A DNA stretch of 64,000 nt from a virus. Taxonomy: Duplodnaviria > Heunggongvirae > Uroviricota > Caudoviricetes. Under the pieces are notes generated by a model that had not been told where the DNA came from, did not search any database, and was given only the letters and a program-made list of their open reading frames with translations. The translations under genes were made by a program, and so were the position numbers. The stretch lies in IMG/VR virus record IMGVR_UViG_3300021255_002251; one strand, 5' to 3'. Positions 50,163 through 59,326 of this stretch are shown here, one piece after another (position 1 is the first letter of the stretch; each line of letters starts with the position of its first letter).

Positions 50163-50339
50163 TTAGTGAAATTCCTCTTTTGTTTTCTGTCCAGCCTCTA
50201 TCGTATCCGCAAGTTCATTGAGTTCCTTTGCAACTCTTTCGTTGTCATGGCGAAAAAGTTTCTGCTGCGCTGCATAGTTCCTCAACCTCTCTACAACATC
50301 CGCGAAGGATAGCAATGGAATAGCATTCGGAAGTCTCAT
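50163..50339 (-). CDS. Hypothetical protein
   Basis: MRLPNAIP...; ATGA overlap with the upstream gene. Confidence 0.5.
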   Translation of the reverse strand: MRLPNAIPLLSFADVVERLRNYAAQQKLFRHDNERVAKELNELADTIEAGQKTKEEFH

Positions 50340-50740
50340 TTCGCCAACTTCTCCCAAACCATAGTCCTACTTCCGTCAATCTTGCTCTTGTAGTTGTCTT
50401 CTTCTCTCTCAAGCGGAGACCATGGGTGAGTTATGGAACACTTCTTTTCGTTGTCCCTAAACCAGACTTCTTCTGGACACTTTTCTAGCTTGTCATGGTT
50501 GAATTCCATCTCTTTGAGAATTTCATCTTTCCCCAAGTTGAAAATCGCCTTGCATCGCCCATACCATTCGGACTCTACATCAAGATAGAGATACCGTAGT
50601 ATCGTGTAACCAAGTTCTATCGTTACTCCCCCATATGAGAGTGTGGCATACTGCTCCCGCTCCTTCATTTGAACAAGATCACTGCCAACTTGTTCGGCCA
50701 ATGGCATAAACGGGCGTAGCCTTAGTTTTGATGTTTTCAT
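50336..50740 (-). CDS. Hypothetical protein
   Basis: ORF coupled by ATGA overlaps. Confidence 0.55.
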   Translation of the reverse strand: MKTSKLRLRPFMPLAEQVGSDLVQMKEREQYATLSYGGVTIELGYTILRYLYLDVESEWYGRCKAIFNLGKDEILKEMEFNHDKLEKCPEEVWFRDNEKKCSITHPWSPLEREEDNYKSKIDGSRTMVWEKLAK

Positions 50741-50928
50741 CTAAACCTTCCTCCAATAAGTTCCGCCAAAGCCACGAATGCCATCAACGGCCATGCCAGC
50801 GCAGTTTTCAATGCTTCTAGTGCCGTTTCTTTTATTCCGCTCTCATCTGGGTGGAGCCACTGAACAATAGACTCCATGAACAGAGCGATTACTCCGCCGC
50901 AGTATAGCACTAATATCCTCTCAATCAT
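50737..50928 (-). CDS. Small membrane protein
   Basis: Two hydrophobic stretches; AWPL motif. Confidence 0.5.
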   Translation of the reverse strand: MIERILVLYCGGVIALFMESIVQWLHPDESGIKETALEALKTALAWPLMAFVALAELIGGRFR

Positions 50929-51100
50929 CTTTCCCCTCCAGAATCCTTGCCATGGTTACTCCTATGCACAATATGCAAAGAATCGCTAAAATGGCACAAC
51001 ACCATCCGTCACCTTTCGCCAAGTGGACTCCTATTCCAATCCCTATGAAAGCGATTCCACATGGAGGCCATATTGCATTAAACATGTCTTGCAATTTCAT
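50921..51100 (-). CDS. Small membrane protein (59 aa)
   Basis: My translation: MKLQDMFNAIWPPCGIAFIGIGIGVH...ILAILCILCIGVTMARILEGKDD; TAATG-coupled. Confidence 0.5.
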   Translation of the reverse strand: MKLQDMFNAIWPPCGIAFIGIGIGVHLAKGDGWCCAILAILCILCIGVTMARILEGKDD

Positions 51101-51270
51101 TATTTGTCTCTATAAACAATACGGTCAAACACTACAATCGTCAAACAAACAATCACCAATTCTACTATCGCAAATGGAATAAAGGCGATAGTAAGAGCCA
51201 AAAGAAAAGCACAAGCAACAATTGAAAGCATAGCCTTGACTATGTTCTTGATATAGGTCACTTTAAGCAT
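51100..51270 (-). CDS. Small membrane protein
   Basis: MLKVTYIKNIVKAMLSIVACAFLLALTIAFIPF...; start moved to ATG 51270. Confidence 0.45.
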   Translation of the reverse strand: MLKVTYIKNIVKAMLSIVACAFLLALTIAFIPFAIVELVIVCLTIVVFDRIVYRDK

Positions 51271-51943
51271 CCTCATATGAAGGGAATTGGCAAGAAATCT
51301 TGGCTTTAGCGGAAGCAACCTCGTTCTGCACAGCAACAGTAAAATCAGAATCCAACATACGGTTTGCGACATGCTCCCCAACGTAGTACACGATATGGTT
51401 TATTGCCTTGCGCAAGTGTTCGTTGTCTGACTTCACTAGTTCAATGCTCGGGATTATAGCCTTTGAACATTCCTTGTCTGCCTCTTCAAGAAGCCATTCG
51501 CCAAAAGTCAACTTGGCCGTTCCATCTTCGTTCTGCCCGTCTTTCGTCCCTGTCCAGTTCCACCATAATGAATGGAGTTTGTACTTGTCTCCGCCTAAAA
51601 GGTCGCAGTTACGGGCGGGCTTAGAGAGTGCAGAATTGACTTCATCTATAATGGTTTCAGCGTCAACACAATGTGCAACTCCTCTCTCTCCAGGAGCTCC
51701 GGCTATTGGGTAATCGTACAAGTCGTAATTTGACTTTGCTTCATCGCGGAGGTTTTCAAGTGCTTCGCGCAATGCCGCATTGTTCATGGCAGGAATGCTC
51801 TTAAGTTTCTTCAGTTCCTTTAGCCAGTCTGCCAACTGTTTGTGCTGCCGTCCGCATGGCGTGTCGTTAACCATCTCTTCCGCATGGGCAATAGCCTCGT
51901 CAAGAGTGAGAGGCTTTGTCTTGCATTTAGTTTCTTCCGCCAT
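51263..51943 (-). CDS. Hypothetical phage protein
   Basis: LTLDEAIAHAEE...C..QHKQLADWLKELK module, common in phage early regions. Confidence 0.65.
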   Translation of the reverse strand: MAEETKCKTKPLTLDEAIAHAEEMVNDTPCGRQHKQLADWLKELKKLKSIPAMNNAALREALENLRDEAKSNYDLYDYPIAGAPGERGVAHCVDAETIIDEVNSALSKPARNCDLLGGDKYKLHSLWWNWTGTKDGQNEDGTAKLTFGEWLLEEADKECSKAIIPSIELVKSDNEHLRKAINHIVYYVGEHVANRMLDSDFTVAVQNEVASAKAKISCQFPSYEDA

Positions 51944-51955
51944 TTCAAAGCTCCA

Positions 51956-52387
51956 TTATCTGTCAAATACACACTTGTCAAATTGCGGTGGATTCGTGGG
52001 ATACACTATCCCATGGCACTCACCATTCCCTCGAAGGAACTCACATCCCTTCATCTCGCTCTTGCATCTGGGGCAAGAGCGCATCGAGGAATTGAATTCA
52101 GACGAAGGTTTATTGTTGTCTTCAACCCTTCCAACATCTTCGTTGTCTGGAGCCACGGAACCTACACCATCGCTTTCAATCTTCTTTGGAGGAAGTGGTT
52201 CATTCTTGAAAACAGCCGTCAGAATAGAGGCCACATCTGCAACACTTACAATACGAGGAAGATGCTCTAATTCTTTTCCGCAATTCCTGCAGAACTTGTC
52301 ATCGTCATCGACATGCTTCTTGCAGTTCCCACAGACAAAGCAGAAATACATTCCGCTTCCGAGAACGTTTATTTCCTTGATTTCCAT
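51956..52387 (-). CDS. Zinc-ribbon protein
   Basis: CFVCGNC...DKFCRNCG and CPRC. Confidence 0.65.
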   Translation of the reverse strand: MEIKEINVLGSGMYFCFVCGNCKKHVDDDDKFCRNCGKELEHLPRIVSVADVASILTAVFKNEPLPPKKIESDGVGSVAPDNEDVGRVEDNNKPSSEFNSSMRSCPRCKSEMKGCEFLRGNGECHGIVYPTNPPQFDKCVFDR

Positions 52388-53025
52388 TAGGCATCACCCT
52401 TCCTCAAATCCTCGATGAATTCACGGCAGGATTCCTCATCCCAGTCAACGATCTTCCCATCTTCAATCGTAATAATAATATAGTCACCATACCCCCGATC
52501 GTCAATGGCAAGGAAGTCAGGAACATAATCCCTATATTTTATATCCTCATACTTGATTCCGCAGCAGTCGCACACCTTGTAGTGAACTTTTGCCTTGATT
52601 CCCTTTGGCCAGCCGATGATTTCTCCGGTTTCAATGTCAATATCAAGTTTCCAGCACCATCCGTCCTGTGTTCCTTCCTGCTTTACCAAAAAAGGCATCA
52701 TGGGATTATCGTTATCTTCACGCTCTCCATTGATGTATGCATCCTCTGGATAGCGTGGCTCCGCCTCGATATGGATAATGTCCTTCAACGGGTTGCCGTT
52801 CGCATCCTTTCCGTGCCAGTTGTCGCAGACATCCGTATCGTTCACCTCGAAGAATGCATCCTCACCATGCTTTGCGGACTTGTCCTCATTCTCTGGACAA
52901 GAGCAGAACGGCGAGTAGTTCGCTCCAAAGTCGTCTTCTTGGTAATCGAAGTGGCAGCAGTTTGCGCAGCACTTAGCTTGCCGTAGATTACACTTCTTCT
53001 TTATCGCTTCTAATTGTTCTTTCAT
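52387..53025 (-). CDS. Hypothetical protein
   Basis: Cys-rich N-terminus; WKLDIDIETGEIIGWP..VHYKVCD...YVPDFL..GYGDYI domain seen in phage proteins. Confidence 0.65.
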   Translation of the reverse strand: MKEQLEAIKKKCNLRQAKCCANCCHFDYQEDDFGANYSPFCSCPENEDKSAKHGEDAFFEVNDTDVCDNWHGKDANGNPLKDIIHIEAEPRYPEDAYINGEREDNDNPMMPFLVKQEGTQDGWCWKLDIDIETGEIIGWPKGIKAKVHYKVCDCCGIKYEDIKYRDYVPDFLAIDDRGYGDYIIITIEDGKIVDWDEESCREFIEDLRKGDA

Positions 53026-53040
53026 TGTTTTTTCCTTTCT

Positions 53041-53832
53041 TCACTTTCTAACATCAGGCAAGTTGTTGTATCGCACAAAGTTCCCAAGGTCGTCGAAGTT
53101 CGGACCGGGAATCCGAACAATATCTGTCTTGAACTTGTTCTTAAGATACAGTTCATTGATGTGAGCCTTGAACTCATCGCTACCGACATCCTCACGAATG
53201 TACCTGTCCAAGGCTTCATAGGTGAATCCCAACTTGTCCTCATCTGACAACGGCTGCAACCCATCTATCGGAGTCTTGTGTATGAGGTGAAGCGGCAAGC
53301 CCATCCAATCACCTAACTTCCTAATCTCCGTCACAGTCAGTCCTTGTATCGGGGCATATGAACCCATATTGTCACCCCCGAGGGTTGCATACCCCACTGT
53401 GTCTTCACTTAGGTTACAAGTGTTCGCAACCATCCCTCCTACAGTCTGTGCAACCGCATACAAGGTACTCATCCGCAGCCGAGCGGGAAGATTCGTCTTT
53501 GTATCGTAGGACGTTCTATCAAAAGAAAACTCCACTTGATTTACAATTGATTCAAATGCTTCCTCAATGTTAATCTCAACATATCTAATCCCTAAGAGTT
53601 CACACACACTAATAGAATCTCCAATGTCTTTCTGGGCTCCATTCGGCAAAAGAACACCATAGACTTTCTCTTTCCCAAATGCCCGTGTCGCAAGTGCCGC
53701 AACTACGGTGGAATCTTTCCCTCCGCTAATGCCTACAACCCACTTGGTTGCGCCAACAGATTTGGCCCAATCCTGCCAGTGATTTCTTATCCGCAGATAA
53801 GCGGAACGGGGATTGAAATCGTACTTATCCAT
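53041..53832 (-). CDS. nadE: NH3-dependent NAD+ synthetase
   Basis: VVGISGGKDSTVVA, NLPARLRMSTLY, NTCNLSE..VGYATLGGD, K.P.DGL...SDEDKLGFTY..LD; no glutaminase domain. Start at ATG 53832. Confidence 0.95.
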   Translation of the reverse strand: MDKYDFNPRSAYLRIRNHWQDWAKSVGATKWVVGISGGKDSTVVAALATRAFGKEKVYGVLLPNGAQKDIGDSISVCELLGIRYVEINIEEAFESIVNQVEFSFDRTSYDTKTNLPARLRMSTLYAVAQTVGGMVANTCNLSEDTVGYATLGGDNMGSYAPIQGLTVTEIRKLGDWMGLPLHLIHKTPIDGLQPLSDEDKLGFTYEALDRYIREDVGSDEFKAHINELYLKNKFKTDIVRIPGPNFDDLGNFVRYNNLPDVRK

Positions 53833-53876
53833 AACTTTTGCCTCTCTATGCTTTCGGCAATCTCGAGAATTCCTCA

Positions 53877-54059
53877 TTAATCATGCTGGATGCTTTTTCT
53901 TTCTTGCCATACAAATTTGTCACAGGTTTTTGCATATTCTGGAGTACAGATAAAGGGAAGTTCTGAAAAACCTCCTTTGGGGATAATGCCAGTTGTTTTA
54001 GGGTACAAACATATGTTCTTTCTCCAAGATTTAGTTGATGAAAATTTGCACCGTCTCAT
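53877..54059 (-). CDS. Small Cys-containing hypothetical protein
   Basis: Short ORF in the minus-strand run. Confidence 0.45.
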   Translation of the reverse strand: MRRCKFSSTKSWRKNICLYPKTTGIIPKGGFSELPFICTPEYAKTCDKFVWQERKSIQHD

Positions 54060-54070
54060 TTTGATACCTC

Positions 54071-54352
54071 TTAGTTAAACTCAAAATGTACTTTCACTTT
54101 TTCTGCGCATTCCGCTTTCTTTAAAAGAACGGAATCGCTCTTCTCTGCGAACATCTTCATCATCTGCTCAAAGCACTCCTTGCACAGATGATGATGTGTT
54201 ATACCGACATTAAAAATTACCGTTGACATTTCTTTGTGGCAAACCTCACATCGCCCTTCATCTATTGTTGGCGCAATGATTTTGATAGAAAAGTCATTTT
54301 GCTGATGACATTTCACTCCCTCGGGAAAGGGTGTTGTTGGGAAATCCTTCAT
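54071..54352 (-). CDS. Zinc-finger hypothetical protein
   Basis: CEVC...HLCKEC. Confidence 0.55.
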   Translation of the reverse strand: MKDFPTTPFPEGVKCHQQNDFSIKIIAPTIDEGRCEVCHKEMSTVIFNVGITHHHLCKECFEQMMKMFAEKSDSVLLKKAECAEKVKVHFEFN

Positions 54353-54374
54353 ACTTATAAGTCTACTCCGATTC

Positions 54375-54785
54375 TCACTTGAAAACCATCTGGCTTCCTT
54401 CTGTCGCTTTGTGTGCCGTTTCTAGGGTCTGAACGAACTCATTAGTCTTCCTTACCGAATCTGTCTCCTTCGGCTTATACTCTTTGCAGTCATTACCATC
54501 ATGGAATGGGCAAATAAAAGGACTTAATCCAGACATGATCTGCCTGCTTCCAAACTCTTTTACCATGTCATTATTACAATGACACCCCAAAAAATACTTG
54601 CACTCCCTTATGTCCTTTGACTCAGGCTTTGGCTTCTCTAATGGCTCCATACTCGAAGACACATAAAGCGAATCCCCATCCCCATCATACTGGCAGATGA
54701 CTATACCGAACTTGTCGCACTCGTCTAGTCTCTTCTTAAGTTCCTCAATTCTACAAGGAAGTGTTATCAATAGTTTATTTGCCAT
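54375..54785 (-). CDS. Hypothetical protein
   Basis: MANKLL...; Cys-rich middle. Confidence 0.5.
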   Translation of the reverse strand: MANKLLITLPCRIEELKKRLDECDKFGIVICQYDGDGDSLYVSSSMEPLEKPKPESKDIRECKYFLGCHCNNDMVKEFGSRQIMSGLSPFICPFHDGNDCKEYKPKETDSVRKTNEFVQTLETAHKATEGSQMVFK

Positions 54786-55206
54786 CTTTCTTCTCCTCAT
54801 TCTCTTCTTCAAATGGCGGCAATGTGACGGATTTCACATCGAACCTTTTCCGCTTGCCCTCCTTGTATTCCTGCATCCTGATCATCGCTTTCCGTGCAGC
54901 CAATCCGATTGGAACTACAACATTATTCCAATATAGAACGGCATCCTTGATAGTATAATGCCTCGGAATCTCTTTCATCCCGTCTTTGCAATGGAAGTGA
55001 CACTTACCGTCAATGCTCCATGCACCATGGTCATCCAAATCGCCACATTCAACATCCCAGAACTCTGGTCTATTCTCTCCGCAATAGTGGATAAGCGCAG
55101 CCTTATGTCCGCATAGAGGACACGGCTTCATTTGTCCAACCCAAAACTCATTGTACTTCCTGTTGGACTCGTCAAGCCACTTCGTGATCCGCGACAACAA
55201 TCCCAT
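54775..55206 (-). CDS. Second Lar-like zinc-ribbon protein
   Basis: MKPCPLCGHKA....WDVECG....DAVLYWN. Confidence 0.6.
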   Translation of the reverse strand: MGLLSRITKWLDESNRKYNEFWVGQMKPCPLCGHKAALIHYCGENRPEFWDVECGDLDDHGAWSIDGKCHFHCKDGMKEIPRHYTIKDAVLYWNNVVVPIGLAARKAMIRMQEYKEGKRKRFDVKSVTLPPFEEENEEKKDGK

Positions 55207-55437
55207 TATGCACCCCTCCGCTTCTTCTCGATCCGACGCTTGATTTCAGTGATCCCCATTAGTGCTTCTCCTTCGGCGGTTGAAACAGATTCAACGGACT
55301 TACTTCCCAGATTTTCTCCTTTGCATTAAACCAAAATATATCAGTCGCAGCCACTCCATTAAGGTGTTGCGAATGAACTTGATGCTTAAGCACGAAGACA
55401 TCGCATCCTTCTATTATATTGTACAGCCATCCCATCT

Positions 55438-55686
55438 CTACTTCGCCTTTCTTTCATTACATTTTGCCATAATGAAGTCAAACATTTCCTTTTCAGTAAC
55501 CTCTCCTACCATAGGATACTTGTCTGGACTATCGGTAAAAGAACTGTTGTAATAGGACACCTGTCTTTGAAAGTATATCCCATCCTTGCATAAAGCAAAT
55601 CCAAATCCATTCCGCCTATCCCTGGTTTTATGTGTCTCTATGAACCAAGTTGGATTTCCAGCATATAGATTTCTATAGATTTTCAT
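55438..55686 (-). CDS. Hypothetical protein
   Basis: ORF with AGGAG RBS directly downstream of nadD. Confidence 0.55.
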   Translation of the reverse strand: MKIYRNLYAGNPTWFIETHKTRDRRNGFGFALCKDGIYFQRQVSYYNSSFTDSPDKYPMVGEVTEKEMFDFIMAKCNERKAK

Positions 55687-55699
55687 GTGTATCTCCTTT

Positions 55700-56359
55700 T
55701 TAGCACCACCCTAGACTTGACAACGTTTCTTCCCCTGCATCTAGCTTCTTGATGTCATTTATGTAATGTGGCCAAGTGCGATTTCTCATCGCATCCCGAA
55801 TCTTGCTTGCAGAAACAGATGAAAACGCTGCCGGAATCCGAATCTCATCATATTGCATGTCGTCCCGTAATATCCGTTTGTCATTTCGCCCCTGAACAAC
55901 CACTAGATTACAGACCTTTGTAATCTCTTTGTTCATATACCACTGGTCTATATTCTCAAATGAGTCAGTCCCTATGCAGACAAAAGGTCTACTATTAAAG
56001 TCAAGACCATGTCGAACATTGAAATCTATAAGGGTGTGCATGAATCTTCTCCCACCAACCAGTGTTTCATATGCCTTGCCTGTCATAAAACGGCAACAAT
56101 CCCTATATGACAGTTCGCTTCTATCCAGAAACACCCGTCGCACATAGAAAAGAGGCAAGGTGTCGATGACTCGCTCTATTACCTCCAGTTTGATATGGTC
56201 GGGAAGAGGCTCTGTCTTCCCTTCTCTATGGTAGGTTACGATTGTAGGAATGATGTAGAGTTCATCAAGTCTCATCAAGTCTATAAATGTCTTGACAATC
56301 TCACGATGTGCTACCGTGAAAGGGGAAAAAGTCCCACCGAAGATTCCTATTCTTTTCAT
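55700..56359 (-). CDS. nadD: Nicotinate-nucleotide adenylyltransferase
   Basis: RIGIFGGTFSPFTVAH (T/HxGH variant), CIGTDSFENIDQWY, LVVVQGR, SVSASKIRD. Confidence 0.9.
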   Translation of the reverse strand: MKRIGIFGGTFSPFTVAHREIVKTFIDLMRLDELYIIPTIVTYHREGKTEPLPDHIKLEVIERVIDTLPLFYVRRVFLDRSELSYRDCCRFMTGKAYETLVGGRRFMHTLIDFNVRHGLDFNSRPFVCIGTDSFENIDQWYMNKEITKVCNLVVVQGRNDKRILRDDMQYDEIRIPAAFSSVSASKIRDAMRNRTWPHYINDIKKLDAGEETLSSLGWC

Positions 56360-56394
56360 GCCACCTCCTTATAGTGTAGTACATCCATCCTATG

Positions 56395-57627
56395 TCACAC
56401 TACCTGTTCGTGCTTAAGGCGCCAGTCTATGCATCGGCGGAGATAGTCAACGTACGACGGGTCTACAGACATCGTTTTCCCAGCAACATCAGAAATCTTG
56501 GCAACTGGAGACCCATTAGCCTCAATCACCTTCATCACGATATTGAGCGGTTCTACACCGGTATCGTTTGCAATATAGGTTCCAATGCCGAAAGCAACCC
56601 TGCTCTTCCCATTGAAGTGTTCCTTGATTTTGGTTGCCCTCTCAAAGTCTAGGCTATCAGAGAAGAGCAATGTCTTCGTCATCGGGTCAATCCCCAACTT
56701 CTTGTAGTGGGCAATAATCTTCTCACCCCAAGCGATAGGATCGGCGGAATCGTGACGGACGCCGCTAAACAAGGTGGCATACGTCTTGTCAAAGTCCCGA
56801 AGGAAGCAGTCTGTCGTGATCGTGTCAGTGAGGGCAATTCCGTTGTCCGTCTTGTACTCACGAACCCAATACTTCATCATGTAGTGATTGGAGTATGCGG
56901 GATTGTGTTCATGATGAGCTTGGCCCACAACCTGAATAAACTCATGCGCCATGGTTCCAACAGGCTTGATTCCGTACTTCTTCGCCAGATAGACGTTTGA
57001 CGTACCCACAAAGGTATTCTCAGATGAGAACCCATGCGCAAACTCACCGACAATCCAATCCTGCATCTCAGCAGAGTAGCGACGACGCATCCCGAACTCG
57101 GAGAAGAAACCAAGACGATATTTGCCGCAATTCAACTCGTCTTTCTTTTCCAAGGCACGCTTCTTGAACTCTTCGTTCAATGCACCGATACCATACCGGA
57201 AAGCAAAGTACACCTCATTCACGATAGCAAGAATCGGAATCTCATACATTGAGGTGTCTAGCCATTCGCCGCTCGCCGTTATTACCATGCCGCAATGATC
57301 TATGGGCGGGTCGGGGTATTCGTAAATCTGAATCTGCTCTTGGCGAGGATACCACCTGCGAAGGTGCGAAATGTAGTCTCCGCTTAGCCACGGAATGTTG
57401 TTCTTGAGCCAAGCAAGTTCCTCCTCCGTGAAGCGAAGTGTGCAAAAGTGCTCTACCTGCTCACGAATCTCCTGCACCATTTCTGGAGTAAATATTACTC
57501 CCTTGTTGCGGCACTTGAAAGCCCAAGTTGTCATGTCCTTGTTGAACTGGTGGTAGATACAGGCCCCCATCGAAAATTTATACAAATCAGTCTCGAGCAG
57601 GCTATTGATTATTGGTTTCAGTTTCAT
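56395..57627 (-). CDS. pncB: Nicotinate phosphoribosyltransferase
   Basis: IINSLLETDLYKFSM, SEFGMRRRYS, GTSNV..A...GIKPVGTMAHE, ALTDT, GVRHDSADP, LLFSDSLD, AFGIGT, LNIVMK, PVAKISD..GK. Confidence 0.96.
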   Translation of the reverse strand: MKLKPIINSLLETDLYKFSMGACIYHQFNKDMTTWAFKCRNKGVIFTPEMVQEIREQVEHFCTLRFTEEELAWLKNNIPWLSGDYISHLRRWYPRQEQIQIYEYPDPPIDHCGMVITASGEWLDTSMYEIPILAIVNEVYFAFRYGIGALNEEFKKRALEKKDELNCGKYRLGFFSEFGMRRRYSAEMQDWIVGEFAHGFSSENTFVGTSNVYLAKKYGIKPVGTMAHEFIQVVGQAHHEHNPAYSNHYMMKYWVREYKTDNGIALTDTITTDCFLRDFDKTYATLFSGVRHDSADPIAWGEKIIAHYKKLGIDPMTKTLLFSDSLDFERATKIKEHFNGKSRVAFGIGTYIANDTGVEPLNIVMKVIEANGSPVAKISDVAGKTMSVDPSYVDYLRRCIDWRLKHEQVV

Positions 57628-57640
57628 TTCATTTTTCCTT

Positions 57641-57940
57641 TCAAAATTCTGGAGTGAATGGGGCAGCAGATGGCATCACCTGCTTTTTGTTAACAATGTT
57701 GCTCCCGATTACAACTGAATACCCATCCTCTATCATGGCATTCAGGAATACAAACCCATCACGGTTGTCAACATCAAACACATAGGCTTTTTCAACATCG
57801 TCTGTCAACTGAACCTTGCTGATGTCCTTTGGAGTAAAATACACATTATCGGCTACTACCCATCCGTGGTTTGCGCCCTTCTGCACATATGCTCTTCCTA
57901 ACATTATTATCTCCTCCCCTTTAACTGATTTGCACTCCAT
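57641..57940 (-). CDS. Hypothetical protein
   Basis: ORF directly upstream of pncB. Confidence 0.5.
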   Translation of the reverse strand: MECKSVKGEEIIMLGRAYVQKGANHGWVVADNVYFTPKDISKVQLTDDVEKAYVFDVDNRDGFVFLNAMIEDGYSVVIGSNIVNKKQVMPSAAPFTPEF

Positions 57941-58139
57941 CTATGTTTGCATGGGAAGCATCCACAAAAATACCCTTTTTAACATAATGCAAAACTGGAG
58001 TGCAGAATTCAAGGTCTGGCATCATGAAGTCAGAATCCGCCGTCACAACAGGCAAATCGCCATATGCCGCTTTGAACGATTCCAATTCAGCAATCAGTCC
58101 TGAAATCCGCTTCATTTCTTCTCCATCTGCTTTAGCCAT
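57921..58139 (-). CDS. Hypothetical protein
   Basis: ISGLIAELE.FK..YGDLPVV pattern, a common phage small ORF. Confidence 0.55.
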   Translation of the reverse strand: MAKADGEEMKRISGLIAELESFKAAYGDLPVVTADSDFMMPDLEFCTPVLHYVKKGIFVDASHANIDGVQIS

Positions 58140-58699
58140 TCCTCAAACAATTCCGTAACCTTCTTGTGGTCTCCCGCAAGCGCATACTTCACAATTTGCA
58201 GTTTTTCTAGCACTCTATCCTTAGTATAGTTCCACCCTCCGTCCCACATCGTCGCATACGTTGCGGCAACCGCATTTCTCTGTGTCACATCCGCCAACTC
58301 CTTGCGGATCCGATAGCACTCATTCCGAAGGACCTCATTCTCCTTCTCTATCTGCGGATAGTGGAAGTCCGCCGGAACATCATCGTCTATATCAGTCTCG
58401 TAGATTTCAAATCTAGAGTCAAGCTCTTCCTGTTTATCCCCCTCCTGCTTGTACAGAAGTAGGGTGTCGGCATTCTCCCACTCCAGAATTATCGTCTTGT
58501 CCTTAGACTGGATCTCCCTACCACGGCGCTCGCAGTACACCCTTGCCATTAGATTGCTAGAGAAAATCTTCAGAGGGCTGAAATCCATTGCCGTCTCATT
58601 CCAAAATTCCTCTTTGGCTTCTCTACCACAAGTGAAAAGAACCACAAAGCACTTCCGCTTTGGCTTGTCGTTCGTTGTCTCTGTCGGTTTCTGGCACAT
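58112..58699 (-). CDS. Hypothetical protein
   Basis: Start at ATG 58699, downstream of a promoter and RBS. Confidence 0.6.
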   Translation of the reverse strand: MCQKPTETTNDKPKRKCFVVLFTCGREAKEEFWNETAMDFSPLKIFSSNLMARVYCERRGREIQSKDKTIILEWENADTLLLYKQEGDKQEELDSRFEIYETDIDDDVPADFHYPQIEKENEVLRNECYRIRKELADVTQRNAVAATYATMWDGGWNYTKDRVLEKLQIVKYALAGDHKKVTELFEEWLKQMEKK

Positions 58700-58732
58700 T
58701 GTCTTTGTTCTTCCTTGTCTTTGACGGCACAT

Positions 58733-58762
58733 ATTGTACCACACCTTGCGGACGGCTTTCAA
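58733..58762 (-). promoter_or_regulatory. Sigma70-type promoter of the unit containing pncB-nadD-nadE
   Basis: CCCTC TTGAAA-N18-TACAAT with TGTGG. Confidence 0.78.
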
Positions 58763-58768
58763 GAGGGC

Positions 58769-59326
58769 CTAGACAAAAACCTCGAGAGTTCTCTCAAAGC
58801 GTTCGTCGATTTCCTCTGCCGTAGAATCATCAGTAAGTTCTCCTTCAATCTCCTCTTGATTATCTATCGAATCGCCGCTATCGTATTCATCTTCTTCTGC
58901 TGGTTCATCCGTATGCAGCAGTTCGTCTTTCTGGATAATCCAGACGCAATCCTCGAACTGAAGACCATATTCCCATTTCGTCTTGTGAATGAAGTGTACG
59001 GCACAGTTTAGTTCCTTGCATACCGCTTCCGCCATGCCTCCGAAATACACGTCATGCACCCTATCGGTAGGGCAACGGAATCGTATGACATACACACCTC
59101 CGCTCTTCTCCTCTATGTCGTTCCTCTCTATCCAAGGGATACCATACTCATTGTCGGTGAATCGGTATCCCTCTACGGACTTCGCATAGATTAGAGCATA
59201 GAGCTTGTCCGTTTCCGTTGGAGGAGGTGGTGGAACATAGGGCGGCGGTGGAGGGGAGAAGGGCTTTGCTTCTGCCGCCCCCCTCTCTACCGCCCTACAA
59301 ATGATTCTAGGCCGATGCCTCTTCAT
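58769..59326 (-). CDS. Hypothetical protein (Pro-rich N-terminus, acidic tail)
   Basis: SPPPPPYVPPPPP; ORF fits the gene run. Confidence 0.55.
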   Translation of the reverse strand: MKRHRPRIICRAVERGAAEAKPFSPPPPPYVPPPPPTETDKLYALIYAKSVEGYRFTDNEYGIPWIERNDIEEKSGGVYVIRFRCPTDRVHDVYFGGMAEAVCKELNCAVHFIHKTKWEYGLQFEDCVWIIQKDELLHTDEPAEEDEYDSGDSIDNQEEIEGELTDDSTAEEIDERFERTLEVFV

